Shown here piece by piece: positions 60,539 to 64,000 of a stretch of 64,000 nt of DNA (position 1 is the first letter of the stretch; each line of letters starts with the position of its first letter). Below the pieces are notes generated by a model. It ran no database searches. It was not told the origin of the DNA and worked only from the letters and a program-made list of their open reading frames with translations. A program made the translations under genes and the position numbers. Source of the stretch: Candidatus Woesearchaeota archaeon. Lineage in GTDB: Archaea; Nanobdellota; Nanobdellia; Woesearchaeales; JABGXB01. The stretch lies in contig JABGXB010000002.1 of assembly GCA_018675975.1 (NCBI GenBank), forward strand, positions 124,001 to 188,000. Direction: 5' to 3'.

Positions 60539-62188
60539 ATGGAAAATAAAAAACCAAAAAGACTAGCACTTCCTTCTCTATACAATTTAAGATCAAAAAC
60601 TCATCAAAATAAATGTCCCAATCTAGTAACATTGGTTCAAGGAATCTATCCAACGTTTGATATACAGATAGAAAATTGTTGTGATAGTGAGTATGGAGAA
60701 TTTAGCACTGAATTTGATCTTTTACCTATAGAAAAAAGACATGGGTCTTTACATGGGCTATATTTGATAAATGGAAATATAGCAGATTCAGAAATTTTAT
60801 TTTCATATAAGAGTAAATATTATGAATTAGATTTAAAAAATGGACAATTAAGCGAAACTCAAAAAAAAGCTGATAAAATTATTTTGCAATTAGAAAAAGT
60901 TAAAGATTGTTATTTAAATCCAAGAACTAAAACACGAAAACTTAAAGTTCCTTTTTTAAAATTAAAAGAAAATCCAGAAGAAACACCATTAGTTTTAGCA
61001 TATGAAAATGGAGAGGAAATTTCATATCGTTCATTGCACATGAAACGAAGTAGAGTATACACTTCTGAAATAAATCTTGGAAATGTAAAAAAAAGTTTAG
61101 ATGAAACGACAATGGGATTTTTTAATAGAGAAGAAGAAGTAATATATGAAGAAGATTGTAAAGAACATAATTTAAAAAGTAATAATGGTTATTTAAAAAT
61201 AAAACCCGAAAAAGTAAATTTAAACGAACCATCTCAAATTTATAATTTTTTAAGACAATTTGTAGTTGGGCAAGATGATGCATTAAAAACTGTTTCAATC
61301 GGAGTTTCAGAATTTATTAATAGAGACGCCGACCAATATTCACCACACAATATTTTAATTGCAGGAATGTCTGGTAGTGGAAAAACACATATAATAAATT
61401 CGTTAGAAAAATTATTACCAAATATTCCTTTTTTTAAAACACAAGCCTCTGGAAAAAGTGCAGAGGGTTATATTGGTTCTAGTTTTACAGAAATATTTAG
61501 AGAAATTTATGATCAAACAGGTGAGAGTGAACCAGTAGCAATTTTATTAATTGATGAAATTTGTAAAGTAAGAGCAAAAGATAGTTCAAGTATGTCAGAA
61601 TCTGTTTCAGATATATTAATAGGGGCATTAGATCAAAATGGTAAATATAGTTTTGGTGGTGAGACAATTTATTTTAAAAATATGTTATTTATTTCAGCAG
61701 GAGCATTTATGGGTCAAGGATCTAATGATTCGCTTGAAGCAATAATTAAAAAAAGAAAAAAGAAAGAAAATAAAATTGGTTTTAATGAAACAAAAGAAAA
61801 GAAAAATTTAGACGAAAGAGAAGAACCAATAGTTGATGACTTTATTGAATATGGAATGAAACCAGAGTTAATGGGAAGATTCCCACATTTTGCAAGAACA
61901 TATTGTTTAAATCCAGAAGAATTAATGGAAATATTAAATAAAAAAAATATTTCACCATTAGAAGAAAAAAGAAAATCATTAAAAAAAAGAGGATATACTT
62001 TGAGTATTGAACAAAAAGTATTAAAGATATTAGTTGAAAATGCAGATAAAAAAACTGGAGCAAGAAGTTTAAGAAATTCAATTAATAGAGCATTTAAAGA
62101 AATATTATTTGAACCTAAAGAATTTGCAAGTAAAGGTAAAAAAATAACTATAAATGAAACATTAATTAGAAAATTATTAGAAACTTGA
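60539..62188 (+). CDS. ClpX-like AAA+ ATPase with an unrecognised N-terminal domain
   Basis: VVGQDDA, GMSGSGKT, GYIG pore loop, IDEICK, GAF, IGF loop, PELMGRFP, TGARSLR. Confidence 0.85.
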   Translation: MENKKPKRLALPSLYNLRSKTHQNKCPNLVTLVQGIYPTFDIQIENCCDSEYGEFSTEFDLLPIEKRHGSLHGLYLINGNIADSEILFSYKSKYYELDLKNGQLSETQKKADKIILQLEKVKDCYLNPRTKTRKLKVPFLKLKENPEETPLVLAYENGEEISYRSLHMKRSRVYTSEINLGNVKKSLDETTMGFFNREEEVIYEEDCKEHNLKSNNGYLKIKPEKVNLNEPSQIYNFLRQFVVGQDDALKTVSIGVSEFINRDADQYSPHNILIAGMSGSGKTHIINSLEKLLPNIPFFKTQASGKSAEGYIGSSFTEIFREIYDQTGESEPVAILLIDEICKVRAKDSSSMSESVSDILIGALDQNGKYSFGGETIYFKNMLFISAGAFMGQGSNDSLEAIIKKRKKKENKIGFNETKEKKNLDEREEPIVDDFIEYGMKPELMGRFPHFARTYCLNPEELMEILNKKNISPLEEKRKSLKKRGYTLSIEQKVLKILVENADKKTGARSLRNSINRAFKEILFEPKEFASKGKKITINETLIRKLLET

Positions 62189-63292
62189 AGGTGCTAATGG
62201 CCTGTATACATGCTTTTGCTCAATACCAAAAAATCTTTGTTCTGATAAATAAGGAAATTTATCCAATTTAATTCTAGGTGAAATTTCTGTCGATAATAAG
62301 AAATTAATTGGTGGACTTTGTTTACAACCTAAATAAAATGGAAGTCTTGAAAAATAAAATGTTTTTAAAAATTCTTGTTCAGGCATTTTTTGATCTCGTG
62401 CTTCTTGAGCAGTTCTAGTTTTTTCAACACCTCCTAAATATGAAAGGTCATCATCAATAATATGACCATCGATAGAAAATGGAGATGCTATAATTATACT
62501 TTTTAGATTAATTTTTTTTCCATTCAAAACAGGACGTATTCCACTTTTATATTCCTGTTGAATCAATTCAGATTCAATATATTTTTTTGCTACATCTAAT
62601 TGAGTTCCATCACTAACATTAACAAAATGAAAATCTCTATTTTCACGTATTAAAATACCTTTATGTTTAAAAGAAAAATTATCATAATAGGAAATATTAG
62701 AAACATCTAACCAATCAACGACATCATCACAAGCATCTTTGTGAAAAAAAACATCTTCAGGTTTATACACAGAAGGAATTTTTACTTTATATATATCATT
62801 TTTTTTTAATAATAAACCTAATTTTTTATTAGTACGAGTACTAGAAATTACTTTTAATATATCTAATAATGCATTAGTTAAAAAATATTTACCCTTAACT
62901 AATCTATCAAAACCAAAAAAAGCACCAACGTCCCCATAGGAAGACGCAAGTAAATATTTATTAAATTCAATTTGTTGAGTTTTTTCCTTATCATAAAAAA
63001 GTCCATCTAATGAGTCGGCATTTAATATGTGATCAGAAATAATTGTTTTTAGAGTTTTATAATCACTCTCCCCTTTAATTTTACAAGGTAATAAACAAAT
63101 AGGTGGCCTATCATTTTCTTTTAAACTTGCAATAAAAATATTATAAGTCATTTTCCCAAAACACTGAGAATAGTTTGAATGACTACCAAATAAACTAGTA
63201 ACACCCGTATCAGGCATACGAGAATAAACTTTAAAATTACGAGGTAATAATTTATCTAACATTTCAATTCTTGTTTCTTTTAGATGTACCAT
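62177..63292 (-). CDS. Hypothetical protein coupled to the TcmP gene
   Basis: 371-aa ORF whose ATG directly follows the upstream TAA. Confidence 0.6.
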   Translation of the reverse strand: MVHLKETRIEMLDKLLPRNFKVYSRMPDTGVTSLFGSHSNYSQCFGKMTYNIFIASLKENDRPPICLLPCKIKGESDYKTLKTIISDHILNADSLDGLFYDKEKTQQIEFNKYLLASSYGDVGAFFGFDRLVKGKYFLTNALLDILKVISSTRTNKKLGLLLKKNDIYKVKIPSVYKPEDVFFHKDACDDVVDWLDVSNISYYDNFSFKHKGILIRENRDFHFVNVSDGTQLDVAKKYIESELIQQEYKSGIRPVLNGKKINLKSIIIASPFSIDGHIIDDDLSYLGGVEKTRTAQEARDQKMPEQEFLKTFYFSRLPFYLGCKQSPPINFLLSTEISPRIKLDKFPYLSEQRFFGIEQKHVYRPLAPSSF

Positions 63293-64000
63293 TTAAACCA
63301 CCAATTGTAAATACTCAAGCTCTTTTACTTTAAAATCTTTAGGAGTATAAGTATAATGACCATTTGAACTTTTTTTTGCACATAAAGAACCACTTTCAAA
63401 TAATTTTGTAATATGGTTTTTTATTAATGAAGAAGAAATCATACCAAAATTTTCATTTAATAATTCTATAAATAGTCGCCTATATTGAATGCCAGAATTT
63501 TTTGATAGTTTAGAATTAATTGTATTAGAAAAATAAGCTGAAAGAAGAGACGGTTGCGTTCCAGACTTATAATCATTAAATGCAATTAAAGGAGCTAAAT
63601 TTTTTGTACACAAAATTAATTTATATAATTGCGAATCACCACGATTTAAATCAATTACATTTACAGACGGATATTTTAATTTTAATAAATTAATATAGGA
63701 ATCAAATAATTTACCATTATCTTTATCATAATCAAGTTCTAAAGCAGTTTCAAGTCTATCACGACTACCTTGAAAACGCGAATTAGTTCCTTGACCAACC
63801 ACTCGTTTCATTGGATAAAAAGGAAAATTAATTAATACATCAAAATTAGAATTAATTGTAGAACAAAACTCTATTGGTTTTGTACTATAGTCTCTTATTC
63901 CAAATGGATCAATAAAAATTAAACCTGAACCATTACAACTCATTAAACTTGCTTGTTGATTACCAGAATAAAAATCATAATTTTTTAAAATTATTTTTAG
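63293..64000 (-). CDS. tcmP: Three-Cys-motif partner protein (TcmP) family, 5' partial
   Basis: Frame is open to the window edge; LIFIDPFG, DVLINFP, YKLILCTKN, C-terminal wHTH-like tail. Confidence 0.75.
   Translation of the reverse strand, partial: LKIILKNYDFYSGNQQASLMSCNGSGLIFIDPFGIRDYSTKPIEFCSTINSNFDVLINFPFYPMKRVVGQGTNSRFQGSRDRLETALELDYDKDNGKLFDSYINLLKLKYPSVNVIDLNRGDSQLYKLILCTKNLAPLIAFNDYKSGTQPSLLSAYFSNTINSKLSKNSGIQYRRLFIELLNENFGMISSSLIKNHITKLFESGSLCAKKSSNGHYTYTPKDFKVKELEYLQLVV

Noticed and set aside
1229..62081. Many short antisense or overlapping ORFs in the track (e.g. 1229-1414, 9646-9900, 12651-12998, 16610-16942, 18515-18835, 27007-27396, 52509-52895, 60426-60653)
   Set aside because: They are shadows of well-supported genes, with F/L/I/S-rich composition expected from AT-rich antisense frames.
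1..64000. CRISPR array or cas operon
   Set aside because: No regularly spaced repeats were seen; the PD-(D/E)XK nuclease at 51537 is solitary and lacks the Cas4 Fe-S cysteine pattern.
1..64000. Alternative genetic code (stop-codon reassignment)
   Set aside because: Conserved genes are full length under code 11 and end at TAA, TAG or TGA where expected.

Overview
Very AT-rich archaeal chromosome segment, most likely DPANN (Woesearchaeota-like). The archaeal call rests on Rpo3/Rpo10, eL18, eS17, Alba, archaeal LeuRS, TTTATAAA-type promoters with many leaderless genes, and tRNAs without encoded CCA; the DPANN call is an inference. Core content: the rps13-rps4-rps11-rpoD-rpl18e-rpl13-rps9-rpoN operon, leuS-aspS, smc, ychF, gdhA, rtcB, corA, a copper-resistance locus, three canonical tRNAs (Asp-GTC, Arg-TCG, Thr-TGT) and a two-guide box C/D sRNA. 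Accessory content: (i) a translationally coupled phosphatase/kinase/methyltransferase/nucleosidase-like/NMP-kinase/EamA cluster at the left edge; (ii) a patchwork of single genes separated by attC-like palindromes (about 5.3-9.9 kb); (iii) an SSV1-type integrative element at tRNA-Arg whose integrase frame runs through the tRNA; (iv) a variable region next to tRNA-Thr with a ClpX-like ATPase and a TcmP-family gene. The most unusual item is a fully paired tRNA cloverleaf whose anticodon loop has only 4 nt (58192-58259). It sits in a structured, uORF-containing 5' leader of an aspartoacylase/succinylglutamate-desuccinylase-family gene. All calls come from motif reading by eye; no database searches were run.
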